Shown: piece by piece, positions 1 through 13,823 of the stretch
Layout: each line of letters starts with the position of its first letter
How positions within the stretch are numbered: position 1 is the stretch's first letter
Assembly: GCA_038087875.1 (NCBI GenBank)
Contig: CM075996.1
Span: 8,186,001-8,250,000, forward strand
Reading direction: 5' to 3'
DNA: 64,000 bases
Source of the DNA: Malacoraja senta
Taxonomy: Eukaryota
Notes under the pieces: generated by a model
What the model was told of the DNA's origin: nothing
Databases searched by the model: none
Seen by the model: the letters and a program-made list of their open reading frames with translations, nothing else
Made by a program: the position numbers and the translations under genes

Positions 1-984
1 ATGTTTAATTGGTTGAACGTGTTCTGCTGGAATCCTTTACAGTCGTCAACACATCTTCCCCGGCCAACAATGGGCCATTTTGGACTCCACCCTTCCCGAG
101 GTCGTCTGTTGTCGCCCCTGTTACGTTCTGGCCTTCTCAATCTTTCAGTCTGAAGAAGGGTTCCGACCCGAAACGTCGCCTATACCTTTTCTCCGGAGAT
201 GCTGCCCGGCCCACTGAGTTACTCCAGCATTTTGTGTCTATCCTTTACTTTAGTTGTCTTTCAGGTTTTCTAAATCTGAATAAGATCTGACCACCCAACA
301 TTAAAGAAGTCTCTTACACATCTTGCAAAAGTGTCGAGGCAACAACCCTGCAGATGGAGGTAATGGCAGATATTATTTACAAACTCTTGCCCTGGATAGT
401 GGGGGCTCTCTTGTTGAGACTCACTCATCTCATTTACACAGAATAGACATTTCCAAACCGTCAGGACACCTCAAAGTGAAATATAGGAAGAATGAGTCAT
501 TTTCAAGAGAGATTTAGCTCTTAGGGCTAAAGGAATCAAGGGATATGGGGGGAAAAGCAGGAACGGGGCACTGATTTTAGATGATCAGCCACAATCATAT
601 TGATGGTGGTGCTGGCTCGAAGGGCCGAATAGCCTACTCCTGCACCTATTTTACTGTTTCCACTTGAAACGCTGAAGGTTCAAGCCTGGTCCAGTCACGG
701 AGAACCAGTCTACGGGAATCGGACTGCAGTTTGCACCCAAACACGAAGAACTTAAAGAGCTGAGGCACAATTTACTCAAATCTCTGCAGGATGTACCTTT
801 AGAAAGGAGATGAGATGGAATTTCTTGAGCCATAGGATGCCAATGCTTTTGGACAGGCAGATGGATATGGAGGGAATGGAGGGATGTGGATAACCTGCAG
901 GATGATGAGATTAGTTTAGTTTGGCATGTTCGGCACGGACATTGTAGGTTGAAGGGCTTGTTCCTGTGCAATACTTTTTTAAAA

Positions 985-1220
985 ATGTAGGAAGGAACTG
1001 CAGATGCTGGTTTGAACCGAAGATAGACACAAAAAGCTGGAGTGACTCAGCGGGGGAGGCAGCATCTCTGGAGAGAAGGAATGGGTGACGTTTCGGGTCG
1101 AGACCCTTCTTCAGAGAATTCTTCGGACTCTGACGAAAGGTCTTGACTCGAAACGTCACCCATTCCTTCTGTCCAGAGATGCTGCCTGTCCCGTTGAGTC
1201 ACTCCAGCTTATTGTGTCTG
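985..1220. repeat. Palindromic (head-to-head) pair of Penelope-derived short repeats
   Basis: Inverted arms with a hammerhead core on each strand (1087-1114 minus, 1130-1157 plus). Confidence 0.8.
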
Positions 1221-1929
1221 TACTTTTTTATTTTCGTTTAGAAATACAGCGAGGAAACAGGCCCGTCGGCCCACGAGTCTGCGCTGACTAGCAATCACCC
1301 CGTACACTAACACTATTCTACACACAGTTACAACAGAAGCCAATTGACCTACAAACCTGCACATCTTTGGAATGTAGGAGAAAACCGGAGCACCCGGGGT
1401 AAACCCACGCAGTCACGGGGAGAGCGTTCAAACTCCGTACAGACAGCACCGTGGTCATGTTCGAACTCGGGTCTCTGCTGCTGTAAGGCAGCAACTCTAC
1501 CGCTGCGCCGCCGTGCTGCCCCCAAAGGAGCCGCAAATGTTGGTTTATACAAAGATAGGCACAAAGTGCTGGAGTAACTCAGCGGGTCAGCCATGATCAC
1601 ATTGAATGGCGGTGCTGGCTCGAAGGGCCGAATGGCCTACTCCTGCACCTATTGTCTATTGTCAGGCAGCATCTCTGGAGAAAAAGGGCTGGGTGACCTT
1701 TCGGGTCGGGGCCCTTCACCTTTCGATGTTCAATGTTCTATATTCTATTAGAGCGCTTCAAGTTCTGATCAAGATCTGTCCAGCTCTTGCAATTAGGCTC
1801 ACATCCCGTTCACCTCCCGCTCCATTTGACAGTGCAATGCAAACCGAGGGTGGAGGAGACTGGAGGGAATGGAGTGCAGCGGGTGTGTGTGTCGCTGAGC
1901 GGGGCCGGCAGTCGCGCAGGAGTGGCGGA

Positions 1930-2199
1930 CTACCGCTTCTGCAGCACGCTGCGGTCGTGCTTCCTGATGATGTCGAGCAGGCTGTCGCCGGCCACCAGGT
2001 CCTGCTGGGCTTCCTGCTTGTTCCGCCGCTGCTCCCGGCGCTGCTGCTCCACCAGGTACGGCGAGTTGAGCAGCTGCGGGGGCAGCAGAGTGCCGGTCGG
2101 CTTCACCCTCTTCACCAGCTCCAGGAAATGCCGGCTGCTGCCGTTGTTCACAAAGGTGATGGCCGTCCCGCGGTGGCCCAAGCGGCCAGCCCTCCCCAC
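1930..2199 (-). CDS. DDX59: DDX59 last coding exon (helicase motif VI, C-terminus, TAG stop)
   Basis: Acceptor ttgttgcag|GTG; encodes [19 protein letters not shown]...[16 protein letters not shown]; phase 0, completing HQ|VGRAGR. Confidence 0.95.
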   Translation of the reverse strand: MGRAGRLGHRGTAITFVNNGSSRHFLELVKRVKPTGTLLPPQLLNSPYLVEQQRREQRRNKQEAQQDLVAGDSLLDIIRKHDRSVLQKR

Positions 2200-3323
2200 C
2201 TGCAACAACAAGCGTGCACAGCGCGTGGGAGAGTTTAGTTCAGTTTAACGCAGAGATACCGCGGAAAACGGCCCTTCGGCCCTTCGTGCCTGTACCAACC
2301 AGCGATCCCCGCACATTAACACTATCCTACTAGGGACAATTTACCCTTTTTATACCAAGCCAATTAACCTACAATCCTGTAGATCATTGGAGTGTGGGAG
2401 GAAACCGAAGATCTCGGAGAAAACCCACGCAGGTCACGGGGAGAACGTACAAACTCCGTACAGACTGCACCTCGAGTCAGGATCGAACCCGGGTCTCTGG
2501 CGATGTAAGTGCTGTGCGGCAGCACCTCTACCGCTGCGCCTCCGTGCCACCCAGCTAGAGAGCACCAACTAATACCATATTGTTGCACTTCCACTATCCC
2601 TCATGCCCTGCCTTTCAGCAATGTTCACAAGTGATAGGAGCAGAAATAGGCCATTCGGCCCATCATGTCTACTCTGCCATTCAATCAAGGCTGATCTACC
2701 TTTCCCTCTCAACCCCATTCTCCTGCCTTCTCCCCATAACCCCTGACACCCTTATTAATCAATAATCCACCTATCCCTGCCTTAAAAATATTCATTGACG
2801 GCATCCACAGCCTTCTGTGGCTATGAATTCCACAGATTCACCACCCTACCAACAATCTACCCCCATCTCCGCTTACACCAACTAATTTGGATAATTGAGT
2901 GCAGTTCTGGTCACCCCATTACAGGAATGATGCGGAGGCTGGAAAGGACACAGACGAGGTTTACTAGAATGCTGCATGGATTAGAGGATATTATTTATAA
3001 TGGGAGGATGCAGAAACCAGGATTGTTGTCTCAGGAATGCCAAAGGGTGTGACTACGGGTCACATCCTGACTACGGGTGCTGTCTGTACAGAGTTTGTAC
3101 GTTCTCCCCGTGACCTGCGTGGGGTTTCTCCGAGATCTTCGGTTTCCTACCACGCTCCAAAGACAATAGACAATAGGTGCAGGAGTAGGCCATTCGGCCC
3201 TTCGAGCCATTCAATGTGATCATGGCTGCTCATCCCCAATCAGTATCCCGTTTCTGCCTTCTCCCCATATCCCCTGACTCCGCTATCTTTAAGAGCCCTA
3301 TCTAGACGTACGGTTTGTAGGTT

Positions 3324-6300
3324 TTTTAAAAATATATATTTTTATTTTATTAGAAGTAAGTACAATTGTATACAATCATATTTTCATAATATCTTTTATG
3401 TACAGCTTCTTATTTAAAAAAAATTTTTGAAATAAAGAAAAAGAAAAAAGTTAGGTACTGAAAAATAGAAAAATGTGAGATATATAGTGTGTGAAAAAGA
3501 AAAATAAAGAATGAAAAAAGAAAGTTGAGACATAGAAAATAGAAGAAAGAGAATAAAAGAAGAGAAGAGAAGAAAAGAAAATAGAAGGAGATCATTTATA
3601 ATCTTGACCATCCGCAGTCACGGATTAGCTTTTACACCTGTTTTGCACCATATGTTTCCAAAAAGACGACAAATGGAGACCAACTCGTTATGAAATGGTC
3701 AAATTTATCTATTAGGAGGAATCGCATTTCCTCAAGATGTGCGGTATCCAACATACTTGCAATCCACATTTTGAGCGTTGGTATTGGTGTATTTTTCCAA
3801 AATGTCAATATTAATTTTTTTGCTATTAAACCATAATTAAAAATTGACTTTTCAGATGAGCTCAATTTGTTCCCGTCTTCCATTACCCCAAATATAATCA
3901 ATTCATTATTGGGTTCCATTTTTGTCTTAAATAATTTTGTAAATATTTTGAAAATATCACTCCAAAATCCATGAAGTTTTATACAAGAAACAAAAGAGTG
4001 TGTTATAGTTGCGTCTTGGGTTAAACATTTATCGCAAATGGGCGATATATTTGGATAAAATTTATTTAATCTTGTTTTTGAGTAATATAATCTATGTAAA
4101 ATTTTTAATTGCATTAGGTTATGTCTTGCGTTAATCAAACACTTGTGAATGTATGTCAAATACTTTTCCCATGTAGCCTTCGTAATTTTTATCAATAATT
4201 CCCGTTCCCACTCTTCTCTAATTACCTCGGTCACAGGTAAATCTATATTTAAGATACTATTATATAAATCTGATATTAATTTTTGTGTATCAGCTTTTAT
4301 ATTCATTACTTCTTCTAGTAAATCAGGAGTTATTTTTTGATATCCCTGTATGTATGTCTTCAAAAAATTACAAATCTGAAAATATTTAAAATAATGAGTG
4401 TTTTTCAGTTTAAATTTTAATTGTAATTGTTGAAATAATAATAAATCTCCCATTTCATACATATCCCTGATCCTTTTAATTCCTAAACTTTCCCATTGAT
4501 TATATATTTTATCCATCATAGATGGTTTAAATAAAGGATTATTCGCTATCGGTGTTAACAATGATAGGTTTCTTAATTTTAAGGATAATTTTATTTGTTT
4601 CCATATTCTTATTGTATCTTGTATAATTGGGTTTTTCTTATATATTGTATTGTTCATTTTTTTCGGGGAGAAGAGGATTGTTCCTATATTACAAGGATAA
4701 CAATCCTCTTTCTCCATTTTTATCCATTCTGTCTGTTGAGTTGAACTATCCAACCAGTAAATTATATTCTTAATATGTATTGCCCAATAGTAATACAAAA
4801 AATTAGGGAGTGAAAGTCCCCCGACATCTTTTGGTTTACATAAGTGTTCTTTTTTAATTCTATGTGATTTGTAATCCCAAACAAAATTAGTAATATTAGC
4901 GTTCAATTTAGAAAAAAAATATTTTGGTACATATACTGGTATAGATTGAAATAGGTATAATAACTGTGGTAGGAAGCTCATTTTAATAGCATTTATTCTG
5001 CCTATTAATGATAAAGGGAGTGTTTTCCAAAATTTTATCATTATATTAAGTTTATTTATTAAGGGTATAAAATTGGCATTGAATAAAGCTTTATTTTTTC
5101 TAGTAATCTGAATACCCAAATATTTGAATTTTTCTGTTGCTATTTTAAAGGGGAATTTCAATAAGTGTGTGGATTCTTGAGGTTTTAACGTCATAATTTC
5201 ACTTTTGTTCCAGTTTATTCTATATCCAGAAAAGGACCCAAATTCCTCTATTAAATTTAATAAATTTGGTATGCTCGTTTGTGAATTTGTTATATATAAC
5301 AAAATATCGTCTGCATACAATGAAATTTTATTATTTGAGTCCCTAGTATTATAATCCTGAATATTCGGATGGCTTCTTATACTTTCAGCCAGAGGTTCTA
5401 TCATAAGGGCAAATAGCAGGGGTGATAAAGCACATCCCTGCCTATTACCCCTTGATAATTGAAATTTTTTAGATAACATGCTGTTAGTTAATATTCTTGC
5501 CATCGGTTTATCATATAATAATTTCACCCATGCAATAAAATTCTCTCCCATATTAAATTTTTGTAATACTATGTATAAATACTGCCATTCTACCTGATCA
5601 AATGCTTTCTCTGCGTCCAAAGAAATAATTGCTAAGTCTTTTTCCTCCGTTTTATGCGAGTACATTATATTAAACAGGCGTCTCAAATTATTAAATGAAT
5701 ATCTTTTGGGTATAAACCCCGTTTGATCAGGGTTTATCAATTTACTAATATATTTGCTTAGTCTTCTAGCTAAAGTCTTTGCTAGAATTTTCTGGTCGGT
5801 ATTTAAAAGTGATATAGCTCTATATGAGCCCGGGTCCTCTAGATCTTTATCTTTCTTTGGAATAAGCGTAATAGTTGATTCTGCTAATGTTTCAGGTAAT
5901 TTATTTTCTTTAAAAACGTGAGTATATAAATTAAATAGATAGGGGGTCGTTATCTCATGAAACTTTTTATAAAATTCATTACTAAAACCATCTGGTCCCG
6001 GTGTCTTACCATTTTTCAGCAATTTTATTGTTTCACCTATTTCTTCGATTGTAATTTGCGCTCCTAGTTGTTCTTGTTCCAAAAGGTCAAGTTTTGGTAG
6101 ATTACATTTATCTAAAAAATTTGTAATTTTACTATCTTCTGTTTTGGTTTTTGATGTGTATAAATTCTGATAAAATTGAACAAATCTTTTATTGATATCT
6201 TTAGGTAGTGTTAGTAATTCACCATTCTCGGAATTAATTTTATTTATAGTATTTTCCTTTTCCTGTGTTTTCAATTGACGCGCCAACAGCTTATGTGGTT

Positions 6301-7429
6301 TGTCACCAAACTCAAAATGTTCCTGTTATGTAATTTGGAATAATCTTATTACTCTTGCCGAGAGAATTCGGTTAAGTTTAAATTTCAGTAGTATTATCTT
6401 ATTATGTTTATCTATAGTGGGATCTTTAGCATTATCTAACTCTAACTGTCTTATTTCTTGTTCTAACAGCATCTGTTCTGTTTTATTCTTCTTATTTTGA
6501 AAAATTTCATATGAAATTATAATTCCTCTAATAAATGCTTTAAAAGTTTCCCATATTAAAGAAGGTGAGGTACCTGGTGTATCATTTATCTCAAAAAATG
6601 ATATCATTTGTTGTTTCAAATATTGATAACCCTGTAAGTCATTTAATATATATGTGTTAAACCTCCAAAAAAAATTCTTTCCCGGCATTCCTTCAAATTT
6701 TACTAAAAAAGTCAATGGAGAGTGATCAGAAATACTACTAATATGGTAAGTTGGGTTAATTATATATGGCATTAATTTCCTATCCACTAAAAAATAATCA
6801 ATTCTTGAGTATGTTTTATGTACTGAAGAGTAAAACGAGTATTCCCTTCCTGCTGGGTTAGCAGATCTCCATACATCTGTGATGTTAGTATTTTTTATAT
6901 ATGTATTTAGAAATTCACTAGTCTTAGATTTTGTATTACTCCTTCTTTGTTTTGCTGATTTGTCTAAGTATGGATCTAAAACACAGTTGAAATCCCCTCC
7001 TATTATGACATTTTGATAATTAAACTCCAGTATTATATCTATAATTTTCTCAAAAAATTGAGGGTTATCAAAATTCGGAGCGTAAATATTTACCATAGTT
7101 ATTGGGGTAGCATAAATTTCTCCCGAAACTATGATATACCTTCCCTCTTTATCTGATATAGTATTCTTTAATTTGAACGGTATACCTTTTCGAATAAGAA
7201 TAGCCGTACCTCTAGATTTAGAAGTAAATGACGAATAATATGTTTGGCCTATCCACTTCGCCTTTAATCTCATTTGTGTTTCCTGTTTCATGTGAGTTTC
7301 TTGCAAGTAAATTATGTCGCTTTTCAAAGATTTTAGGTGAGCAAAAATTTTACCCCTCTTTATTGGTTCATTGGCACCCCTAATATTCCAACTACAGAAT
7401 GTGATTCCTCCATTCTTTATTTGCCTATC
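3324..7429 (-). mobile_element. L1-clade LINE, 5'-truncated at the ORF2 start (APE endonuclease + RT, disrupted near 6300)
   Basis: ORFs 6326-7327 (LQETH, GGDFN, SDHSP) and 3632-6286 (PGPDG, RQGCALSP, YADD); TSD gtttgtaggtt at 3313-3323 and 7430-7440, inside a SINE. Confidence 0.95.
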
Positions 7430-7658
7430 GTTTGTAGGTTAATTGGCTTGGTATAAATGTAAATTGTCCCTAGTGTGTGTAGGGCAGTGTTAAAGTGCAG
7501 GGATCATTGGTCGGTGCGGACTCGGTGATCCGAAGGGCCTGTTTCCGTGCTGTATCTCTACACTAAAAACCTGGTAATGATCATTGTGTATTTCAGAGTT
7601 TGGGACAGGAGGACACGGTGGAAGGAGGTGAGGAATTCACATGGGGAAAGAGCGTTAC

Positions 7659-7787
7659 CTGGTGAACGTACTCATCCATGGTGCGTGGCATGTCGAAGTT
7701 CACAACCAGTCTGACGTTGACAAGATCGAGCCCTCTGCCAAGAACCCCTGTGCTGACCACAACCTCATGGTCTCCTTGAAGCAGACC
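7659..7787 (-). CDS. DDX59: DDX59 internal exon (motif V)
   Basis: 129 bp, ag/gt boundaries; [43 protein letters not shown]. Confidence 0.95.
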
Positions 7788-8329
7788 CTGCAACAGAGAT
7801 TTACAACAAGCCTTGGAGAAATAATAATTAATCATAATAATAATGATTTATTTGTCATTCATAGAAACATAGGAAAATAGGTGCAGGAGGAGGCCATTCG
7901 GCCCTTCGAGCCAGCACCGCCATTCATTGTGATCATGGCTGATCGTCCCCTATCAATAACCCGTGCCTGCCTTCTCCCCATATCCATTGACTCCACTAGC
8001 CCCTAGAGCTAATATTAGAAAATATAAGTATACATTTGCACGAAATGCAACCAGGAGTCGAGTATAGGAGCAAAGAGGTCCTTCTGCAGTTGTACAGAGC
8101 CCTAGTGAGACCACACCTGGAGTATTGTGTGCAGTTTTGGTCCCCTAATTTGAGGAAGGACATTCTTGCTATTGAGGGAGTGCAGCATAGGTTTACAAGG
8201 TTAATTCCCTGGATGGCAGGACTGTCATATGCTGAGAGAATGGAGCAGCTGGGTTTGTGTACTCGAGTTTAGAAGGATGAGAGAGGATCTTATTGATCTT
8301 ATAAGATTATTAAGGGTTTGGACACGCTT

Positions 8330-8715
8330 TTTTTTGTTGTCTATTTGGGAGACGTCTGGAGGGTGGAGGAGATGGCGTCGTCTGTGGTGCGGTTCGGGCG
8401 GTATGTGAACTGGTGGGGTCTAGTGAGGTGGGGGGGGGGGGTGGAGGCTATTCTTGATGTGTCCCGGGACTAACCGTTCGAAGCACATCATCAGGGTGGG
8501 GGACAGTGCCATGGGACGGTCGTCATTGAGGCAGGAGACAGATGACTATTTTGGCGCCGGGACGATGGTGGCGGCTTTGAGGCAGGTGGGGATGGTAGCC
8601 TGGCTCAGGGACATGTTGGAAATGTCTGTGAGGACATCCGCCAGCTGGTTAGCACATTCCTTCAGCGCACGACCAGGTATGTTGTCTGGTCCAGGGGCTC
8701 TCCGTGGGCTCTCCA
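8330..8715 (-). mobile_element. Rex1-type RT fragment
   Basis: APGPDNIPGRALKECANQLADVLTDISNMSLSQATIPTCLKAATIVP on the minus strand. Confidence 0.75.
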
Positions 8716-8756
8716 CATAATCCTGGTTCGCCTGAATCCAGGATTATTATCTGTTC

Positions 8757-9243
8757 AATAGACAATAGACAATAGGTGCAGGAGCAGGCCATTTGGCCCT
8801 TCGAGCCAGCACCGCCATTCAATGTGATCATGGCTGGTTATCCACAATCAGTACCCCGTTCCTGCTTTCTCCCCATATCCCCTGACTCCGCTATTTTTAA
8901 GAGCCCTATCTAGCTCTCTCTTGAAAGCATCCAGAGAACCTGCCTCCACCGCCCTCTGAGGCAGAGAATTCCACAGGCTCACCACTCTCTGTGAGAAAAA
9001 GTGTTTCCTCGTCTCTGTTCTAAATGGCTTACTCCTTATTCTTAAACTGTGGCCCCTGGTTCTGGACTCCCCCAACATCGGGAACATGTTTCCTGCCTCT
9101 AGCGTGTCCAAGCCCTTAACAATCTTATATGTTTCAATGAGATCCCCTCTCATCCTTCTAAACTCCAGAGTGTACAAGCCCAGCTGCTCCATTCTCTCAG
9201 CATATGTCAGTCCCGCCATCCCGGGAATTAACCTTGTAAACCT
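8757..9243 (-). mobile_element. CR1/HER1 3' fragment (representative; similar copies near 8052, 11728, 18175, 29680, 34313, 43583, 44020, 53610, 57702, 59990)
   Basis: LEFRRMRGDLIETYKI...RTRGHSLRI...[14 protein letters not shown] and (TATTGTC)n tail. Confidence 0.9.
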
Positions 9244-9445
9244 CGAGGGGAGGGGTGGACTTCCTCCCAGGCATGGTGTTAAACGTCTTAAAGCGCGCAT
9301 AAAAGACGTCCAGCAGTAGCCCACTCTCCCTAACAGGCTGGGCAGCACCTTCATGACCACGTAGACACACTCCCACCAGCCTCGTGAATACAGCACAACA
9401 GCCAGGTGCCCGAATGGTGCAGCGGTCAGGTTATTCTCCACTTAC

Positions 9446-9598
9446 CTGCAGAATCTGGTTGCGGTCATACTGGGCCTTGTCTGAATGCATGGACACCGAC
9501 TTCAGGCCGGTGATGGTCTGCACCGCGTTGGACAGCAGGTCAGCCCCCAGCTTGCAGTCCACAAACACCAGCACCGGGGGGTGGAAGAGCTTGCCGTC
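9446..9598 (-). CDS. DDX59: DDX59 internal exon (motif IV)
   Basis: 153 bp, cag|GAC...CAG|gtaagt; [26 protein letters not shown]...[16 protein letters not shown]. Confidence 0.95.
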
Positions 9599-10109
9599 CT
9601 GCACAAGAGCGGCAAACAACGAGGACATTCAAATCACAGCATGAAGAAGCATCCATTTTCACGTTGCCATGATGGGCCAGACACTCCCATCACGTAACTG
9701 AACACACACGTTGAACACTGGTATTCTTGCAACTAATGGTGCTGGCTTAAACCGAAGATTGGCACAAAATGTTGGATAGGGCAGCATCTCTGGAGAGAAG
9801 GAATGGGTGACGTTTCTGGTCGAGACCCTTCTTCAGACTGCCCCGAAACGTCACCCATTCCTTCTCTCCAGAGATGCTGCCTTGTCCCGCCGAGTCACTC
9901 CAGCATTTTGTGTCTAAAATGACGAGAGTTCAGTTGAAGTTCCCTCAGTGGCCGCAGATGGCATTGTAAACTGAATGTGGATGGAATGACCTGCCGACCC
10001 AACCCCATCTCCCACCCGGTCGTTTGGAGCCCCACTTCCGACTCGAAAGGTGCGCCAGCGAGCCCCTCTCACCTGCTGCTACTACACGTTATATTTATTT
10101 TATTTACCT

Positions 10110-10556
10110 TCTCAGCGAATCGTCCGGTCAGCAGAGAAGATTATTGGCTGCAACCTTCCCTCCATTGATGAACTGTACACTGCAAGGGCCAGGAAGCGAG
10201 CAGGCAAGATCATCTCTGACCCCTCTCACCCTGGCCACAAACTCTTTAAATCACTTCCCTCTGGAAGGCGACTCCGGACTGTCAAAGCTGCCACAGCCAG
10301 ACATAAAAACAGTTTTTATCCACGAGTAGTTGCTCTACTCAACAGCCAAAAATCTGTAGCCTATCTTTGATCTGGTATTTTGTTGGTTCACATGCTTGAT
10401 CAATGGTGGTTTATCATTAATGTCTTATTATTATTAATGTTTAGTGTTTTCTGAGTCATTCGTAACTGTCATTGTATGTCATGTTGTTACTTGTGGGCGG
10501 AGCACCAAGGCAAATTCCTTGTATGTGAACACTTGGCCAATAAACGTACTTACTTA
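10110..10556 (+). mobile_element. Rex1-type LINE 3' end
   Basis: AGKIISDPSHPGHKLFKSLPSGRRLRTVKAATARHKNSFYPRVVALLN; AATAAA and short-repeat tail. Confidence 0.8.
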
Positions 10557-12399
10557 AGTTTCTGGCACCCTATGGTGCTTTAGAGGCATGGGAGGGGAGT
10601 CATTAGCGGGCCAGGGGTGTACTGGTGTTTTATTACCATGTGACTTCTGTTGGCCCGGAAAAACAGATAATCCAGAAATCCCGGGAATAGAGGGTGCTGG
10701 AAAATTGGTGTTCAACCTGTAGTCGGATCTATGCCGGTTCTCAGGACAATCCCATCAATCCCCTTCCACCAAATCCTCCCGATTCACCCATCTACACCAG
10801 GAGTAATTTAGCGTTGTCGAAGAAGCTAACACCCAGCACATCTTGGGGACGCGGGTGGGAACAGAAGCAACATGGAGAAAACTTGAGGTGGCGCAGCGGT
10901 AGAGTTGCGGCCTTACAGCGCTAGAGACCCGGGTTCAATCCTGACTACGGGTGCTGTCTGTACGGAGTTTGTACGTTCTCCCCGTGACCGCGTGGGTTTT
11001 CTCTGAGATCTTCCCTCCCACACTCCAAAGACGTACAGGTTTGTAGGTTAATTGTCTTGGAATAAATGTTAAAATTGTCCCTCATGTGTGTGGGAAAGTG
11101 TTAATGTGCAGGGATCGCTGGTCGGTGCAAACTTGGTGGGTCAAAGGGCCTGTTTCCGCGCTGTATCTCTAAACTAAAACTAAAAACGGGAAGAACGTGA
11201 AAACTCCACACAGACAGCACCAGAGGTAAGAGTCAAACTGGGGTTGCCAGAACCGAGAAGCAGCAGCTCTTTGAGCCCCACTACGGTTCCATCCAGGAGA
11301 CAATACAAGAGCTGAACAAGCTTGGACAGAGACATGGTTCACTCTCTTCTTCATATCCTAACAATACCGACTGCTGTTGGTACCAATGTACAACCATTGG
11401 CACCAACAGGTCAGGCAGCAGCAGAATGAAGAAGGGCCCTTACCTAAAATGCCACCTGCTGTCCATTTTGCTCCACAGATGCGGCCTGACGCACTGAGTT
11501 CCTCCAGCAGTTTGTTTTTAGCTCAACATTACAGCATCTGAGGTCTCTTTCGACTCTATCTAATCAGGGATAACCCAGCTAATTACTCACAAAGCAAAGA
11601 TCTTGGTATGGAGCTTCCGTCCACACTTCCCTGCAGTCTCACCGCACTCAGCGTGTGAATGGAAGCTGGCACCCAAACGGCAAACAAAATATGTAGGAAG
11701 GAACTGCAGATGCTGGTTTAAACCGAAGATAGACAATAGACAATAGGTGCAGGAGTAGGCCATTCGGCCCTTTGAGCCAGCACCGCCATTCAATGTGATC
11801 ATGGCTGATCATCCACGATCAGTACCCCGTTCCTGCCTTCTCCCCATATCCCCTGACTCTGCTATTTTTAAGAGCCCTATCCAGCTCTCTCTTGAAAGCA
11901 TCCAGAGAACCTGCCTCCACCGCCCTCTGAGGCAGAGAATTCCACAGACTCACCACCCTCGTCGCCATTCTAAATGGCTTACACCTTATTCTTAAACTGT
12001 GGCCCCTGGTTCTGGACTCCCCCAACATCGGGAACATGTTTCCTGCCTCTAGCGTGCCCAAACCCTTAACAATCTTATATGTTTCAATGAGATAACCTCT
12101 CATCCTTCTAAACTCCAGAGTGTACAAGCCCAGCTGCTCCACTCTCTCAGCATATGACAGTCCCACCATCCCGGGAATTAACCTTGTAAACCTATGCTGC
12201 ACTCCCTCAATAGCAAGAATGTCCTTCCTCAAATTAGGGGACCAAAACTACACACAATACTCCAGGTCTCACTAGGGCTCTGCACAACTGCAGACACATA
12301 AAGCTGGAGTAACTCGGCAAAACAGGCAGCATCTCTGGAGAGAAGTGTTAAAGAAGGAACTGCAGATGCTGGAAAATCGAAGGTACACAAAAAAGCAGG

Positions 12400-12875
12400 A
12401 GGAGGAGCCCGAGGGCTGGGGGAGGGGCGGAGACAACCAGATGGCTGATGAAGGGGAGGGGACAGCCAGGGCTAGCAGAATTGGGAGAATTCAACGTTCA
12501 GGCCACCAGGATGTAGGCTGCCCAAGCGGAATATGAGGTGCATTTCCTCCAATTTACGGTGTTGCTCGCTGTGGCCATGGAGGAGACCCAGGACAGAGAG
12601 GTCAGATACGGAATGGGAGGGGGAGTTGAAGTGCTGAGCCACCGGGAGGTCAAGTTGGTTATTGCGGACCGACCGGAGGTGTTCGGCGAAACGATCGCCA
12701 AGCCTCCGCTTGGTCTCACCGATGTAGATCAGCTGGCATCTAGAGCAGCTAATGCAATAGATGAGGTTGGAGGAGATGCAGGTGAACCTCTGTCGCACCT
12801 GGAACGACTGCTTGGGTCCTTGAATGGAGTGGAGGGGGGAGGTGAAGGGACAAGTGTTGCATCTCTTGCGGTTGC
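12400..12875 (-). mobile_element. Penelope-like element, GIY-YIG endonuclease fragment
   Basis: NLIYCISCSRCQLIYIGETKRRLGDRFAEH...PVAQHFN...GLN. Confidence 0.9.
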
Positions 12876-13571
12876 TCTTGGAGAGAAGGAATGGTTGACG
12901 TTTCGGACAAGCAGGGTCTTCAGACAAGAAGGGTCTCGACCCGAAACATCACCCATTCCTTCTCTCCAGAGATGCTGCATGTCCCGCTGAGTTACTCCTA
13001 AACTGCAGACGCTGGTTTATACCAAAGATGGTCACAGTGGGTCGGGCAGAATCTCTGAAGATAAAGGATTGGTGACCTTTCGGGTCAGGACCCTTCTTGG
13101 GTCCTGACCTGAAATATCATCTATCCTTTATCTTCAGAGATGCTGTCTGACCCGCCGAGTTACACCAGCACTTTGTCACCATCCCCCACAACAGTTCGTT
13201 GCCCAGAAACAGAAATAGATTGGTGGCTACTTTCTTCTTTTCGTTCACAGAGAAAGCTCAGAGTCATAGGGGAGGCACGGTGGCACAGTGGAAAAGTTGC
13301 TGTCTCACAGCGCCAGAGAGACAGGTTTGATCCTGACTACAGGTACTGACTGTACAGAGTTTGTACGTTCTTGCTGTGACCGCGCGGGTTTTCTCCGGCT
13401 GCTCCGGTTTCCTCCCACACTCCAAAAACGTACAAGTCTGTAGTAAATTGTCCGTAGTATGTGTAAAATAGTGTTAGTGTGCGGGGGTTGGTGGTCGTCG
13501 CGGACTCGGTGGGCCAAAGGGCCTGTTTCCGTGTTATATCTCTAAACTGAGACTAAACTAAATCTACTTGC

Positions 13572-13823
13572 ATTCAGAATCTCAAACAGCTTCTTCTTCT
13601 TGGACGGCTCCTCCACCCACAGAATGATCTGGCGAACATTAGAGCAAGGCTGGTTCATCTCTCCCACTGTGATCTTGACCGGGTCCTGCAGGAAGTGGCT
13701 GGCCAGCTGCTGGATGCCTGCTGGGATCGTGGCGGAGACAAGAATCGTTTGATGTTCCTCGGGCGTTTGCTCCAAGATATCCAACACCTGCTGCTGGAAA
13801 CCCATCTTCAACATCGTATCGAC
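13572..13823 (-). CDS. DDX59: DDX59 internal exon (end of motif II, motif III SAT), GC donor
   Basis: 252 bp; [17 protein letters not shown]...ILVSATIP...[16 protein letters not shown]; donor AAT|gcaagt. Confidence 0.93.

Noticed and set aside
1606..2248. Plus-strand ORFs of 210 and 153 aa
   Set aside because: They are antisense shadows of the GC-rich DDX59 last exon plus repeats.
3410..3611. Phe/Leu-rich 'membrane' ORFs (also 21979-22218)
   Set aside because: Translation of the pyrimidine-rich L1 3'UTR.
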